Assembly: GCA_964554385.1 (NCBI GenBank)
Contig: CAZKOM010000004.1
Location: 42 to 64,041 of the forward strand
Length of the DNA stretch: 64,000 nt
Direction of reading: 5' to 3'
Origin: an uncultured Flavobacteriaceae bacterium
GTDB lineage: Bacteria; Bacteroidota; Bacteroidia; NS11-12g; UBA955
Shown here: in pieces, positions 28,053-38,472 of the stretch
Layout: every line of letters starts with the position of its first letter
Numbering within the stretch: the first letter of the stretch is position 1
Position numbers and translations under genes: made by a program
The notes under the pieces: model-generated
The model's input: only the letters and a program-made list of their open reading frames with translations
Told to the model about the DNA's origin: nothing
Database searches by the model: none

Positions 28053-29879
28053 TTGAAAGCTGTATTACAATTTTTAAAATACGCGGCCAATCATAAAGGA
28101 TTGATTGCGGCCAATTTCGTATTTAACTTACTGTATATTCTGTTTCAGTTAACATCACTGATGATGATTATGCCCGTTTTACGATTTCTTTTTTTACGGG
28201 ATAAAACTGAACAAGCACTATCTTCTAAGAATTTTGGCGTAGGTGATTGGTTTAATTATCAATATCAGTCTTTCATTTCTTGGTTTGGAAATCTTGCCAA
28301 AGGTGAGCCATTTACTGCATTGGCTTATCTATGCATTGCTTTAGTAGTTGTTACGGTATTGAAAAATGGTTTTAGGTATTTAGCCATGAATTTTATGGTT
28401 TTAATACGGAATAGAAGTATCCAAGAAATCAGAATTGGGATTTATGAAAAGTGTTTATCATTACCGATTGCATTTTTTACCAACGAGCGTAAAGGCGATC
28501 TAATGTCTCGAATGAGTAACGACGTTAAAGAAATTGAATTTGCGCTAATGGTTTCTTTGGAGGCTTTGTATTTTCAGCCATTGAATATTCTACTTTTTTT
28601 AGTTGCGTTAGTCGTTTTATCGGCCAAATTAACCTTATATATTCTACTTTTTTTACCAATTACTGCTTTAATAATTGGTTTGATAGGTAGAAGTCTACGA
28701 AAGAAAAGTGGAAAAAACCAAGAGTTAATGGGAAAGGTAATGACTGCCTATGAGGAAACGTTGGGAGGAATTCGTATTATAAAAGCGTTCAATGCCAGTG
28801 GTTGGTTCAGTGAAAAATACAAACGGCAAGATGAAGAGTATACTAGAAATAATATTTCGGTGCAACGCCGCTACGATTTAAGCTCGCCCATGAGTGAGAC
28901 GATAGGGCTAGGTGTATCGGCTTTATTGTTATGGTTGGGCGGTGGGATGGTATTCCGGGGTGAATTAGACCCGGAGTTCTTTTTAACCTATTTTGCGATT
29001 TTTAGTCAGTTAATTCCGCCTTTTAAAGCTTTTTCCAATGCGCTATATGCTGCGCAGAAGGGTATTGCTTCTCTAGATAGAATTAAGGAATTGGTTACGG
29101 CACCAGAGACTGTACAAGACCCGGTATCTGCCAATCCGCCTGTATTTGATCATGCTATTGAATTTAAAAATGTTGGGTTTAGTTACATAGATGGAAGTGA
29201 GGTGCTGTCAGATATTTCCTTCACAATTAATAAAGGAGAAACGGTTGCATTGGTTGGGCCTTCAGGGGCAGGAAAAACTACAATTACCGATTTGTTAGCA
29301 AGGTTTTATGATGTTAGCACTGGAAGCATTGAATTGGATGGAGTGTCAATTAAAACAATGAAACAGGATGAACTGAGAAAACTAATTGGCGTTGTAAATC
29401 AAGAGAATATATTATTTAATGATTCGATTCGAAATAATATCCTGTTGGGTAAGTTGACCGCTAATTCTGGAGAAATTGAATCTGCGTTAAAAGCAGCCTA
29501 CGCATCTGATTTCGTGCAGGATATGCCTTTAGGTATGGATAGTGAGGTGGGTGAGCGTGGAGGGCGTTTGAGCGGCGGACAAAAGCAGCGATTAGCGATT
29601 GCTAGAGCTTTATTGAAGAATCCTGAAATTTTGATCTTGGACGAGGCCACTAGTGCATTGGATTCTCAAAGTGAAAAAGCTGTACAATTGGCTTTGGAGA
29701 AGTTAATGAAAAATCGAACATCCATTATTATTGCGCATCGTTTATCAACAGTAACCCATGCAGACAGAATAATAGTTTTGGATAGGGGTAAAATTGTTGA
29801 AACTGGAACTCATATTGAGTTATTAGCCAAGAACGGATTATATGCTCAATTGATAAAACTACAGGAATTAAAATCTTAA
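28053..29879 (+). CDS. MsbA-like ABC exporter (fused permease and ATPase)
   Basis: 608 aa. Apparent TTG start (no in-frame ATG upstream before the stop). TMD plus NBD with Walker A GPSGAGKTT, signature LSGGQKQRLAIARAL and Walker B ILILDEATSALD. Confidence 0.85.
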   Translation: MKAVLQFLKYAANHKGLIAANFVFNLLYILFQLTSLMMIMPVLRFLFLRDKTEQALSSKNFGVGDWFNYQYQSFISWFGNLAKGEPFTALAYLCIALVVVTVLKNGFRYLAMNFMVLIRNRSIQEIRIGIYEKCLSLPIAFFTNERKGDLMSRMSNDVKEIEFALMVSLEALYFQPLNILLFLVALVVLSAKLTLYILLFLPITALIIGLIGRSLRKKSGKNQELMGKVMTAYEETLGGIRIIKAFNASGWFSEKYKRQDEEYTRNNISVQRRYDLSSPMSETIGLGVSALLLWLGGGMVFRGELDPEFFLTYFAIFSQLIPPFKAFSNALYAAQKGIASLDRIKELVTAPETVQDPVSANPPVFDHAIEFKNVGFSYIDGSEVLSDISFTINKGETVALVGPSGAGKTTITDLLARFYDVSTGSIELDGVSIKTMKQDELRKLIGVVNQENILFNDSIRNNILLGKLTANSGEIESALKAAYASDFVQDMPLGMDSEVGERGGRLSGGQKQRLAIARALLKNPEILILDEATSALDSQSEKAVQLALEKLMKNRTSIIIAHRLSTVTHADRIIVLDRGKIVETGTHIELLAKNGLYAQLIKLQELKS

Positions 29880-29912
29880 TTAAGATATTTAATTCCTGTA
29901 ATCAATATATTT

Positions 29913-32063
29913 TTAGACTGTTGGATTCGTTGATTCAGAAGAATCAACCTCAGAATTTGAAGTGGTTTCTGAACTATCTAAGGCATCCGAATTTTGGTTA
30001 TTGGACGGCATCTCAGTATTCAGTTCTGAAGCTGCTTCTGGAACTTGAATTGAATCAGACGCAATTGTAGTATGTAAATGATTGGCTTGGTTCTCAAGTT
30101 GGCTATTTGCGACTTCTTGAACTGCATCGGATTCTTCGTAAGGCCTTTTACCTATTAATCGTTCTAAATCGGATTTAAAAATAATCTCCTTTTCTAATAA
30201 TTCTTTGGCAACCGCTTCTACTTCAGCTCGTTTTTCAGTTAAAAGCGCGATGGTTCTTCGGTAAGCATCTTCAATCATGCTTCTGGCTTCTTCATCGATA
30301 AGTTGGGCTGTTTTTTCGGAATAGGGTCTCTGATAACCGTACTCCCCTGTAGGATCGTTGAAGGAAACATTACCAATATTTGCATTCATACCATAAATGG
30401 TAATCATGCTGTAGGCGAGTTTTGTAATTCGCTCTAAATCGTTTTGTGCTCCAGTTGATACTTTTCCAAAGAATATTTGTTCTGCTGCTCTTCCACCCAG
30501 TGTCATTACCATAGAATCTAACAATTGTTCGGTTCTGTATAGGTATTGTTCTTTGGGTAGATATTGGGCATATCCCAACGCAGCTACACCTCTAGGAACT
30601 ATGGAAACCTTTAGTAAAGGATCTGCAAATTCTAAGAACCAGCCGGCAACGGCATGTCCTGCCTCATGGTAAGCAACAATTTTCTTTTCTTCTGGAGATA
30701 TTATTTTATTTTTCTTTTCCAAACCTCCAATAACACGATCAATAGCATCTTGGAAGTCTTTCATTTCTACTAATTCTTTTCCTCTTCTGGCTGCAATTAA
30801 TGCAGCTTCATTGCAAACGTTTGCAATTTCTGCTCCTGCAAAACCAGGAGTCTGAGTAGCAAGTTTATGAGCATCTACATCGGTGGCCAATTTGGTTAAT
30901 GGCTTTAAGTGCACGTTGAAGATTTGCTCTCTTCCAACAATATCGGGTCTATCAACACTTATTTGACGGTCAAATCTACCCGGTCTCATTAACGCGCTGT
31001 CTAATATATCGGCCCGGTTGGTAGCTGCTAAAATGATAACACCTGAATCGGTACCAAAACCATCCATTTCAGCCAATAATTGGTTTAGGGTATTTTCTCT
31101 TTCGTCATTAGAGCTTTGAATTAAATTTTTTCCTCTCGCTCTACCGATAGCATCAATTTCATCGATGAAAATAATAGATGGTGCTTTTTCTTTAGCTTGT
31201 TTGAAAAGATCTCTTACTCTACTTGCTCCTACTCCCACAAACATTTCTACGAAATCAGAACCAGACAAAGAGAAAAATGGAACACCTGCTTCTCCTGCTA
31301 CAGCTTTTGCCAATAACGTTTTACCTGTTCCAGGAGGGCCTACAAGCAGTACGCCTTTTGGTATTTTACCACCTAAATTTGTGTATTTTTTCGGGTTTTT
31401 TAAGAAGTCTACTACTTCCATTACTTCTTCTTTTGCTTCTTCTAACCCGGCAACATCTTTAAATGAGACATTAACTTTAGTATCTTTATCGAATATCTGT
31501 GCTCTTGCCCGTCCAATATTAAAAATGGATGCACCGCCACCGGCACCACCACCACCAGACATTCTGCGCATGATAAGATTCCAAAAAATCAAGAAAATGG
31601 CAAGCATAAATACCCAGTTGAACAGTTCTCCGAATAAATCGGAATGAGTTTCCCATTCAATTACCAATTCATCGGGGTTCAATTCTTTGGCTTGCATTGT
31701 TTTCTTTAACTCTTGAATTTCATTGTTAAAGAATCCTTTTTCAATTTCAAAACTATAATTTGGCTCTGCAGAACCCATTAAATCTTGTCTTGGCTTAGCA
31801 TTTTTATAACGCTTTTGTTGAATTGCTTCTTTGGTAAGATAAACATTTACCACGCGTTCATTTTGAATTACAAGTTTTTTAACGTCACCTTGTAAAATCA
31901 TTGCTTTAACATCTCTCCATTTTGTACTTTGCCCTGAATTTTGGGGCAAAAACAACATAGCCATTAGAATTACAAAAAGAATTCCATAAAGCCAATTAGG
32001 ATTGAATTTAAAACCGTTTGTGTTTTGTTTCTTTTTGTCTTGTTTCGGTTCGTGATTTTCCAT
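29913..32063 (-). CDS. ftsH: ATP-dependent zinc metalloprotease FtsH
   Basis: Two N-terminal TM helices, AAA+ module ([23 protein letters not shown], second region of homology) and HEAGHA zinc motif. The acidic/Ser-rich C-terminal tail is common in Bacteroidota FtsH. Confidence 0.9.
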   Translation of the reverse strand: MENHEPKQDKKKQNTNGFKFNPNWLYGILFVILMAMLFLPQNSGQSTKWRDVKAMILQGDVKKLVIQNERVVNVYLTKEAIQQKRYKNAKPRQDLMGSAEPNYSFEIEKGFFNNEIQELKKTMQAKELNPDELVIEWETHSDLFGELFNWVFMLAIFLIFWNLIMRRMSGGGGAGGGASIFNIGRARAQIFDKDTKVNVSFKDVAGLEEAKEEVMEVVDFLKNPKKYTNLGGKIPKGVLLVGPPGTGKTLLAKAVAGEAGVPFFSLSGSDFVEMFVGVGASRVRDLFKQAKEKAPSIIFIDEIDAIGRARGKNLIQSSNDERENTLNQLLAEMDGFGTDSGVIILAATNRADILDSALMRPGRFDRQISVDRPDIVGREQIFNVHLKPLTKLATDVDAHKLATQTPGFAGAEIANVCNEAALIAARRGKELVEMKDFQDAIDRVIGGLEKKNKIISPEEKKIVAYHEAGHAVAGWFLEFADPLLKVSIVPRGVAALGYAQYLPKEQYLYRTEQLLDSMVMTLGGRAAEQIFFGKVSTGAQNDLERITKLAYSMITIYGMNANIGNVSFNDPTGEYGYQRPYSEKTAQLIDEEARSMIEDAYRRTIALLTEKRAEVEAVAKELLEKEIIFKSDLERLIGKRPYEESDAVQEVANSQLENQANHLHTTIASDSIQVPEAASELNTEMPSNNQNSDALDSSETTSNSEVDSSESTNPTV

Positions 32064-32355
32064 CTCGCTTAAATAGTCAAAGTTTAGACCAATTGCTGGT
32101 ATTTTTCAAAACTACGAATTATTACAGGCAATCAGTCATGGATATGGACGAATCGTCATATTTTTTTGATAACCTAAGAAAATAAGTTTGGCAGATTTGA
32201 TATTATGATATTTTGGTATTTGATTTAACAAAAAGACTGTAAATAAGTTCTAGAATATTTCATGTAGACACCTAACATATACATAATGTTATATATTCTT
32301 AATTATTGATTATACAACTTTTTTTCATCTACTTTTGTAGAATAAGTTCGAAAAC

Positions 32356-34272
32356 ATGATAAATAAGTTATTGCAAAATAGGATTTTGGCAGCCAATAAA
32401 AAGTATATATTGTTAGCCATTTTTGTGATTATTGGTGTTTTTTTCTTGATTTTCTTACGAAGTGATTCTGATATTAATCCTAAGATTACTCGCTCCAATA
32501 CTGCAGATAGTTTATGGCAACAGTTGGAAAAGATCAAGGAGGGAACTTACGAGATGGTTACTTTTAGAGAATTACATAGACTATCTCAAATGCCTAATAA
32601 AAAGGAAGAACATGATAAATTGTTAGGTTATGTATTAAAGCGAGGTGAACAGGAAGGTAATCAACGTGTTCAAGTGTATTACAGCATAAATAGGTCATTT
32701 GACTTTATTTGGCATGGTAAATATGATTCAGCCTTACTGTATGGAAAGAGGGCTATGGAAATTGGTAAGGGATTTTCGGATATTTCTCCCTGTATGTATT
32801 ATTCGCCCATCTCTATAGCATATTATCAATTAGGCAATTTGAGTGAGGCAATAAATTTCATGAAAATGGGGTATGAGCATGCCAAAAAGGTGGAGGATTA
32901 TTCAAATTTGAATAATTACGCAACCAATCTAGGTACTTACTATTTTAATAATGGCATGTATGGATCTGCATCGCGTTATTTTCAAGAGGCAGTTGCAGCA
33001 GGGCAGAAGACGGGAAAGATTAGTAATGTATTAATTAATAATATTATATCGATTAAGTCTACAGAATTAGGCGTTCTAACAACCATTGAAGATTGGAAAA
33101 AATATGATTCAATTCTCAGCAGGCCAAACAATGAATTTGAGCGACAGTTAACTACATTAAATCGAGTTAATTTATTTCAAGCTCAGAAGCGTTGGGAGGA
33201 AGCATCTCGGTTATTGCAGCAAACCCCCGATAGTACATTAGACTTATATTTTATCATTAATAAAATGTCTTTGGTATTAAACGATTTGGATAGAAAACCG
33301 GATCGTTTGATGCAAATGACTGATTATATAGGTAAACATAAAAATTGGTTACGACGCAATTTTACACAAGGCTTAATGGAATTGCATACCTATTTGAATG
33401 CCGTAGTTGAATATAACCCCAATTTGCTTCCGATGGATACATTAAGACGGTGGGAGTTAGATAACGATGCTAATTTGAATCAAAATGCATTGGCTAAGAG
33501 TTTCTTAAATGAGTTATACGCGAAACTGTATATTTCTTCTGGAAATTATGCTATGGCTAATACTAAGTTAAATGCGGCCATGGTGTATACTAGGGAATAT
33601 ATGCAGACCAATGATTCATTAAAACGTGCTGATTTTATTGAGCGAATGGAAAATGCACGTATCAATGAAAAGTTGGACGATTTAACTTTAGAATTACAGC
33701 AAAAAACGCAAAGAAATCAACTGGTTACAATCGTATTAATAGCTTTATTACTCATTCTAGGATTAACTATTTTAGTATTATGGTTATTAAATCGTAAGCG
33801 TGAGAAATCTCTTGAATTAATACAGGTACAATTACATCAGCAGGAAGAAGAACAACGATTCTTGCGTAAAGAGCGCGAGTTGAACGATAGAATTGTTTCA
33901 ATTACTCATATGATGATGGAGAAAACGGGTGATTTAGTGAAGCAATTAAAAGGAATGAAATCGGCCAACAAAGACGATTTAGAAGAAATTAGACGGGCAT
34001 TGGAAGCGATGGTTCGAGTAGATACCGGGTCTAATCCCCAAATGGCCGATACATTAATGAAGGAAAATGATGTTCTTTTAAATAAATATCCAGCAATTCA
34101 AAGTTTGAATTTAACTGAAAGAAGGATATTTATACTTTCTGTAGAAGGATTTAAATCCAAAGACATTTCAAACTTGGTAGGTGTAACTCCTCAGTATATA
34201 CACAATGTTCGTTCTAAAATTCGTAAAATTTTAGGTGTTGAAAATCAGATACACTGGGAAGAATTGAAGTAA
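32356..34272 (+). CDS. membrane-anchored TPR-repeat / LuxR-family HTH transcriptional regulator
   Basis: 638 aa. N-terminal TM (ILLAIFVIIGVFFLIFL), TPR-like helical repeats, a second TM (LVTIVLIALLLILGLTILVLWLL) and a C-terminal LuxR/GerE HTH (LTERRIFILSVEGFKSKDISNLVGVTPQYIHNVRSKIRKIL). Confidence 0.6.
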   Translation: MINKLLQNRILAANKKYILLAIFVIIGVFFLIFLRSDSDINPKITRSNTADSLWQQLEKIKEGTYEMVTFRELHRLSQMPNKKEEHDKLLGYVLKRGEQEGNQRVQVYYSINRSFDFIWHGKYDSALLYGKRAMEIGKGFSDISPCMYYSPISIAYYQLGNLSEAINFMKMGYEHAKKVEDYSNLNNYATNLGTYYFNNGMYGSASRYFQEAVAAGQKTGKISNVLINNIISIKSTELGVLTTIEDWKKYDSILSRPNNEFERQLTTLNRVNLFQAQKRWEEASRLLQQTPDSTLDLYFIINKMSLVLNDLDRKPDRLMQMTDYIGKHKNWLRRNFTQGLMELHTYLNAVVEYNPNLLPMDTLRRWELDNDANLNQNALAKSFLNELYAKLYISSGNYAMANTKLNAAMVYTREYMQTNDSLKRADFIERMENARINEKLDDLTLELQQKTQRNQLVTIVLIALLLILGLTILVLWLLNRKREKSLELIQVQLHQQEEEQRFLRKERELNDRIVSITHMMMEKTGDLVKQLKGMKSANKDDLEEIRRALEAMVRVDTGSNPQMADTLMKENDVLLNKYPAIQSLNLTERRIFILSVEGFKSKDISNLVGVTPQYIHNVRSKIRKILGVENQIHWEELK

Positions 34273-34328
34273 CAGCAGAATTAAGATTTCGTACTGTAAT
34301 AGGATAGCATTTATGTAGCGATTCGCGC

Positions 34329-35636
34329 TTATTTAAATTGACTTAATACCTCAAACAGTTTATAAATTTCAGTAAATGAATTGTATAGAGGTGTTGGGGC
34401 CATTCGAATAACATTGGGCTCTCTCCAATCGGCAATAATGTCATGATTGGCAAGAAAATCGAAGATTGATTTACCGTTGCTGCCTGTTAGAATACTCAAT
34501 TGACAGCCTCTTTCATGAAAATTATGGGGTGTAATTATTTGTAGTTGAAGTGTAGGATTTAATTCGTTTGCTTCCGCGATACAATCAAATAAGAATTGAG
34601 TTAATTCTTCGCTTTTCCTTCTTAAATTTTTAACTCCGCCAGCTTGTTTGAAAATTTCCAAGCTCGCATGGTGAACAGCCATCCCGAAAACTGGAGCATT
34701 TGACATTTGCCAACCCGCGGCTCCTGGTTCTGGGATGTATCCTTTTTGCATCAAAAAACGAACATCTTCTTTATGTCCCCACCAACCTGCTAAACGCGGA
34801 GTATCTGGATTTAGTCCATGTTTTTCATGAATAAAAACGCCGCTGACATTTCCTGGCCCGGAATTTAAGTATTTATACGAACACCAAGCAGCGAAATCTA
34901 CATTCCATTGGTGTAGCTCCAATGGAATATTGCCCGCCGCATGGGCTAAATCAAATCCTGCCAATGCACCCACTTGGTGTGCTTTTTGGGTGATTTCGGG
35001 AATGTTGAAATATTGGCCTGTGTAATATTGTACTCCTGAGAAAAAACATAATGCTAATGTGTCTCCGAGTTTTTCAATTTCTGATATAATATCTTCTGTT
35101 CTTAAGGTATATTCACCAGATCTTGGACTTAGTTCAACTACAGCATCACTATAGGATAGCCCTCTACTTTCCACATGTGTTTGTACGGCATACATATCGG
35201 AAGGAAATGCACCTGCTTCCATGAGTAATTTGTAACGTTTTGGAATTAAATTACCGCTGGAATCTTTATTGAATGTTGGCCGATAAAAGCTATGTAATAG
35301 TAGATGTAGGTTAACGGTTAAATGATTCATTACCACTACTTCGTGGGGTTTGGCTCCTGCGATTTCAGCGGTTAAATCTGTTAAAAATTTATGGTAGTGA
35401 AACCAAGGTTTTTTTCCATGAAAATGACCTTCAACTCCCCATTTTGCCCAATCTTCAAGTTCTGATTGCAGTGCTTTCTGAGCTGATTTGGGCTGTAATC
35501 CTAGTGAGTTCCCGCACAAGTAGATAACATCATTTCCATGAATACTTTCAGGAAAGATAAATTCATTTTTGAAATCTTTAAATGGATCAGCATGGTCTTT
35601 AGCTGTTGCAAAATTGCGATTGATTTCAGTTCTCAT
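34329..35636 (-). CDS. kynU: kynureninase (PLP-dependent)
   Basis: VIYLCGNSLGLQP matches the kynureninase IYLDGNSLG motif. WCSYKYLNSGPG matches CTYKYLNGGPG around the PLP lysine. 435 aa. Confidence 0.8.
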   Translation of the reverse strand: MRTEINRNFATAKDHADPFKDFKNEFIFPESIHGNDVIYLCGNSLGLQPKSAQKALQSELEDWAKWGVEGHFHGKKPWFHYHKFLTDLTAEIAGAKPHEVVVMNHLTVNLHLLLHSFYRPTFNKDSSGNLIPKRYKLLMEAGAFPSDMYAVQTHVESRGLSYSDAVVELSPRSGEYTLRTEDIISEIEKLGDTLALCFFSGVQYYTGQYFNIPEITQKAHQVGALAGFDLAHAAGNIPLELHQWNVDFAAWCSYKYLNSGPGNVSGVFIHEKHGLNPDTPRLAGWWGHKEDVRFLMQKGYIPEPGAAGWQMSNAPVFGMAVHHASLEIFKQAGGVKNLRRKSEELTQFLFDCIAEANELNPTLQLQIITPHNFHERGCQLSILTGSNGKSIFDFLANHDIIADWREPNVIRMAPTPLYNSFTEIYKLFEVLSQFK

Positions 35637-35705
35637 ACGTTTGGCAAAGGTAGTATAGTCCTAAGGATTTTACCATGATACCCATCAGGGAATCAACATT
35701 GTTTT

Positions 35706-36224
35706 GTGATCCTAAAGTGTATTATTACTTTTTTATTGGATTGTTATACCTTTGTGAATCAATTTACTACGGCCTTGAAATTTGAAGAAGCAATTAAGCA
35801 AAAGAAATTTGAGTCAGACGCTCAAAAAGCATATTTAAATATTTTATATACTGCGAGTTGGCTTCAATCTGAATCGAGGGATTTGTATAAAAAACACGGT
35901 ATTACCAGTCAACAGTATAATGTTTTACGCATTTTGCGGGGTCAGTATCCAAATCATGCTAATCCCAAATACATTAAGGATGTAATGTTAGATAAAAATC
36001 CGGATTTGACGCGGTTGTGTGATCGATTATTAAAGTTGGGCCTGATAGAAAGAGCGGCTTGTCCGGAAAATAGAAGGAAGATGAATATAGGAATTACCGA
36101 TCAGGGATTGGCTTTATTGGAGACAATTGACCCAGAGGTATCTGCGTATTTTGAACAAATTGCAAATAAGAGTAAAATGGATTTTGCTTTATTGAGTGAT
36201 TTACTTGATACCATGCGTGGTTAA
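35706..36224 (+). CDS. MarR family transcriptional regulator
   Basis: Winged-helix core: QQYNVLRILRGQ...LTRLCDRLLKLGLIERAACPENRRKMNIGITDQG. Confidence 0.65.
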   Translation: MILKCIITFLLDCYTFVNQFTTALKFEEAIKQKKFESDAQKAYLNILYTASWLQSESRDLYKKHGITSQQYNVLRILRGQYPNHANPKYIKDVMLDKNPDLTRLCDRLLKLGLIERAACPENRRKMNIGITDQGLALLETIDPEVSAYFEQIANKSKMDFALLSDLLDTMRG

Positions 36225-36874
36225 CGTTTGCGCATCAACGTTAAACCATCTCGGATTGGTATTAAAATAGTTTCAAATTCCGTTAAGCTTTGAGCATACA
36301 CATTGAATTCGTGCATGTTTTTCGTGTCTTTATCCGTAATTCTATCAGATTCTATTACCACCCGATTACTCCAAAGGGTGTTGTCAAATAACAAAATTCC
36401 ATTATCACTTAGGAGTTTTTTTGTTATTTCTAGATAATTTTTGTAATTGGTTTTGTCTGCATCTACGAAAATGAAATCAAAATTTTTGGTTTCATCCCAA
36501 TCGGCAAGAATATCTAGTGCATTTCCACCGTGCCAATGTACAAGATGATCTTTTTGGTGTTGTTTCCAAAAGTTTTTTGTTTTCCATAGGGTTTCGGCAT
36601 CGGCTTCAATAGAATGTATTTCACTGCCTTGAGGTAGATTTTTTACTAAGCAGGCGGTGGCATAACCGGTAAAAGTGCCAATTTCCAATACCCGTTTTGG
36701 TTGATGGATAGCTACAAGTTGACTTAAAAGTAATCCTTGAAGGTGTTCGCTTAACATTCTTGGATTAATCATTTTTTTCCAAGTAAAATGGTGGATAGCC
36801 TGTAAAAACGGGTCTTCAGGCGTAGAATGATTCGCCGAATAATCGTGAATTGAAGTATGCCAATTGCTATGCAT
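36221..36874 (-). CDS. class I SAM-dependent O-methyltransferase (caffeoyl-CoA OMT-like, family 3)
   Basis: VLEIGTFTGYATACL (SAM motif I) and FDFIFVDADKTNYKNY (cation and catechol-OMT-type motif). The start is taken at the internal Met; the ORF track extends it to 36940. Confidence 0.75.
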   Translation of the reverse strand: MHSNWHTSIHDYSANHSTPEDPFLQAIHHFTWKKMINPRMLSEHLQGLLLSQLVAIHQPKRVLEIGTFTGYATACLVKNLPQGSEIHSIEADAETLWKTKNFWKQHQKDHLVHWHGGNALDILADWDETKNFDFIFVDADKTNYKNYLEITKKLLSDNGILLFDNTLWSNRVVIESDRITDKDTKNMHEFNVYAQSLTEFETILIPIRDGLTLMRKR

Positions 36875-36950
36875 GAAAGTAATACAAAAATGAACTTGTT
36901 TTTTTAAAGGAAAAACATATTTTCGCGTTGAATTAATCAAGAGGCAAATT

Positions 36951-37172
36951 ATGTACTGGACACTTGAATTGGTAAGTTATCTTGACGATGCTCCATGGCC
37001 TGCAACAAAGGACGAATTAATTGATTATGCAATTCGTTCTGGAGCACCTTTGGAAGTGATAGAGAACTTACAAGAACTGGAAGATGATGGTGAGCCTTAC
37101 GAGAGTATCGAGGAGATTTGGAGTGATTATCCAACGGACGATGACTATTTCTTCAACGAAGACGAGTTATAA
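36951..37172 (+). CDS. DUF2795 family small protein
   Basis: 73 aa. YLDDAPWPATKDELIDYAIRSGAPLEVIENLQEL followed by an acidic tail fits DUF2795. A minus-strand ORF at 36949-37134 largely overlaps it and was judged less likely. Confidence 0.55.
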   Translation: MYWTLELVSYLDDAPWPATKDELIDYAIRSGAPLEVIENLQELEDDGEPYESIEEIWSDYPTDDDYFFNEDEL

Positions 37173-37200
37173 CTCCTCAGACTTGTAAGATTACTACATT

Positions 37201-37229
37201 AAAGACCGTCTTAATAGGCGGTCTTTTTT
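37201..37229. terminator. bidirectional rho-independent terminator between the DUF2795 gene and hflX
   Basis: AAAGACCG-tcttaatagg-CGGTCTTTTTT: 6-bp GC-containing stem flanked by an A-run and a T-run. The hflX stop codon lies in the loop. Confidence 0.6.
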
Positions 37230-38377
37230 AATAGTAGGGATACGATAGTATCGCGTAACTTTTGAATATTCGATTGTTCGGATGCGGAAATAAATACCGC
37301 AGGGGCATTTTCTTTTGCGATCCAACTTTTTTCAAATTGATCGATGGATAATCCTGAGGATCCCACAAAAAAGTCATCGGGTTTCCCTTTGAAAGCATCC
37401 ACTTTATTAAATACAATTAATTCTTGCTTATTAGAAGCACCAATTGCATGCAGTATCTCGGTGACTGCCTGCATTTGTTTTTCAAAGTTGGGATTAGAGA
37501 TATCTACTACGTGTACTAATAAATCTGTTTCTATGGCTTCGGCCAATGTACTTTTGAAACTCTCAATCAGTAAAGTTGGCAGTTTTCTAATAAATCCTAC
37601 CGTATCGGAAAGTAGGAAAGGGATTACTTTTCCGTCCTGTTCAGGATGATGAAAAACCACTTTTCGAACGGTTGAATCTAACGTAGCAAACAATTTATTT
37701 TCTACCAAAACATCGGAACGAGAAAGCAAGTTCATGATGGTACTTTTACCAACATTGGTATATCCAACCAAGGCAACGCGGTAGGTATTTTCTCGGGATT
37801 TTCTTTGCGTAACCCCAATTTTTTCAATTTGAGCTAGTTTATCCTTCAGTAAACTAATGCGATTTCTTAGTGCTCTTCGGTCTGTTTCGATTTCAGTTTC
37901 ACCCGGACCTTTCATTCCAATACCCCCTTTTTGTTTCGAAAGGTGGGTCCACATACCGGTTAATCTTGGCAACATAAAAATGCTTTGGGCTAATTCAACT
38001 TGTGTTTTTGCCTGTGCTGTTTTTGCATTCGCCGCAAATATGTCTAGGATTAAATGAGTTCGCGTAATGACTTTAACATTGTTTAGTTCTGTTTCGATAT
38101 TTTTAATTTGAGCCGGTGATAAATCATCGTCAAAAACTGCCATATCTACATTGTTTTGCTTACAGTAATCGCTAATTTCTTGTAATTTTCCTTTGCCAAT
38201 GTAAGTTTTAGGATGGGGATGTTCTAATTTTTGGGTAAATCGTTTAATGGGGGTACCGCCACTAGTAATGATAAGTTGTTCCAATTCATCCAATGTTTCC
38301 TCCATTGGAAAATCAGATTTTTGGGTTTCAACGCCAACCGTTATGGCTTTTTCTATGCTTTTTGGAGTATCTTTCAA
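37211..38377 (-). CDS. hflX: GTPase HflX
   Basis: 388 aa. HflX N-domain, G-domain with G1 GYTNVGKST, G3 DTVGF, G4 NKVD. Confidence 0.85.
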   Translation of the reverse strand: MKDTPKSIEKAITVGVETQKSDFPMEETLDELEQLIITSGGTPIKRFTQKLEHPHPKTYIGKGKLQEISDYCKQNNVDMAVFDDDLSPAQIKNIETELNNVKVITRTHLILDIFAANAKTAQAKTQVELAQSIFMLPRLTGMWTHLSKQKGGIGMKGPGETEIETDRRALRNRISLLKDKLAQIEKIGVTQRKSRENTYRVALVGYTNVGKSTIMNLLSRSDVLVENKLFATLDSTVRKVVFHHPEQDGKVIPFLLSDTVGFIRKLPTLLIESFKSTLAEAIETDLLVHVVDISNPNFEKQMQAVTEILHAIGASNKQELIVFNKVDAFKGKPDDFFVGSSGLSIDQFEKSWIAKENAPAVFISASEQSNIQKLRDTIVSLLLKKTAY

Positions 38378-38472
38378 GGAGTAGGGAGTAAAATGTTAAA
38401 AAAGGAGTACAAAATTAAGGTTCACTTTGGGATTATCCCTCCTAGCGATGAAATTTGGAGAATATTATCTCT

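Noticed and set aside
36949-37134. Minus-strand 61-aa ORF overlapping the DUF2795 gene.
   Set aside because: The plus-strand ORF has the DUF2795 YL..A.WPA.K..L...A...GAP..V signature and an acidic tail. The antisense ORF has none.
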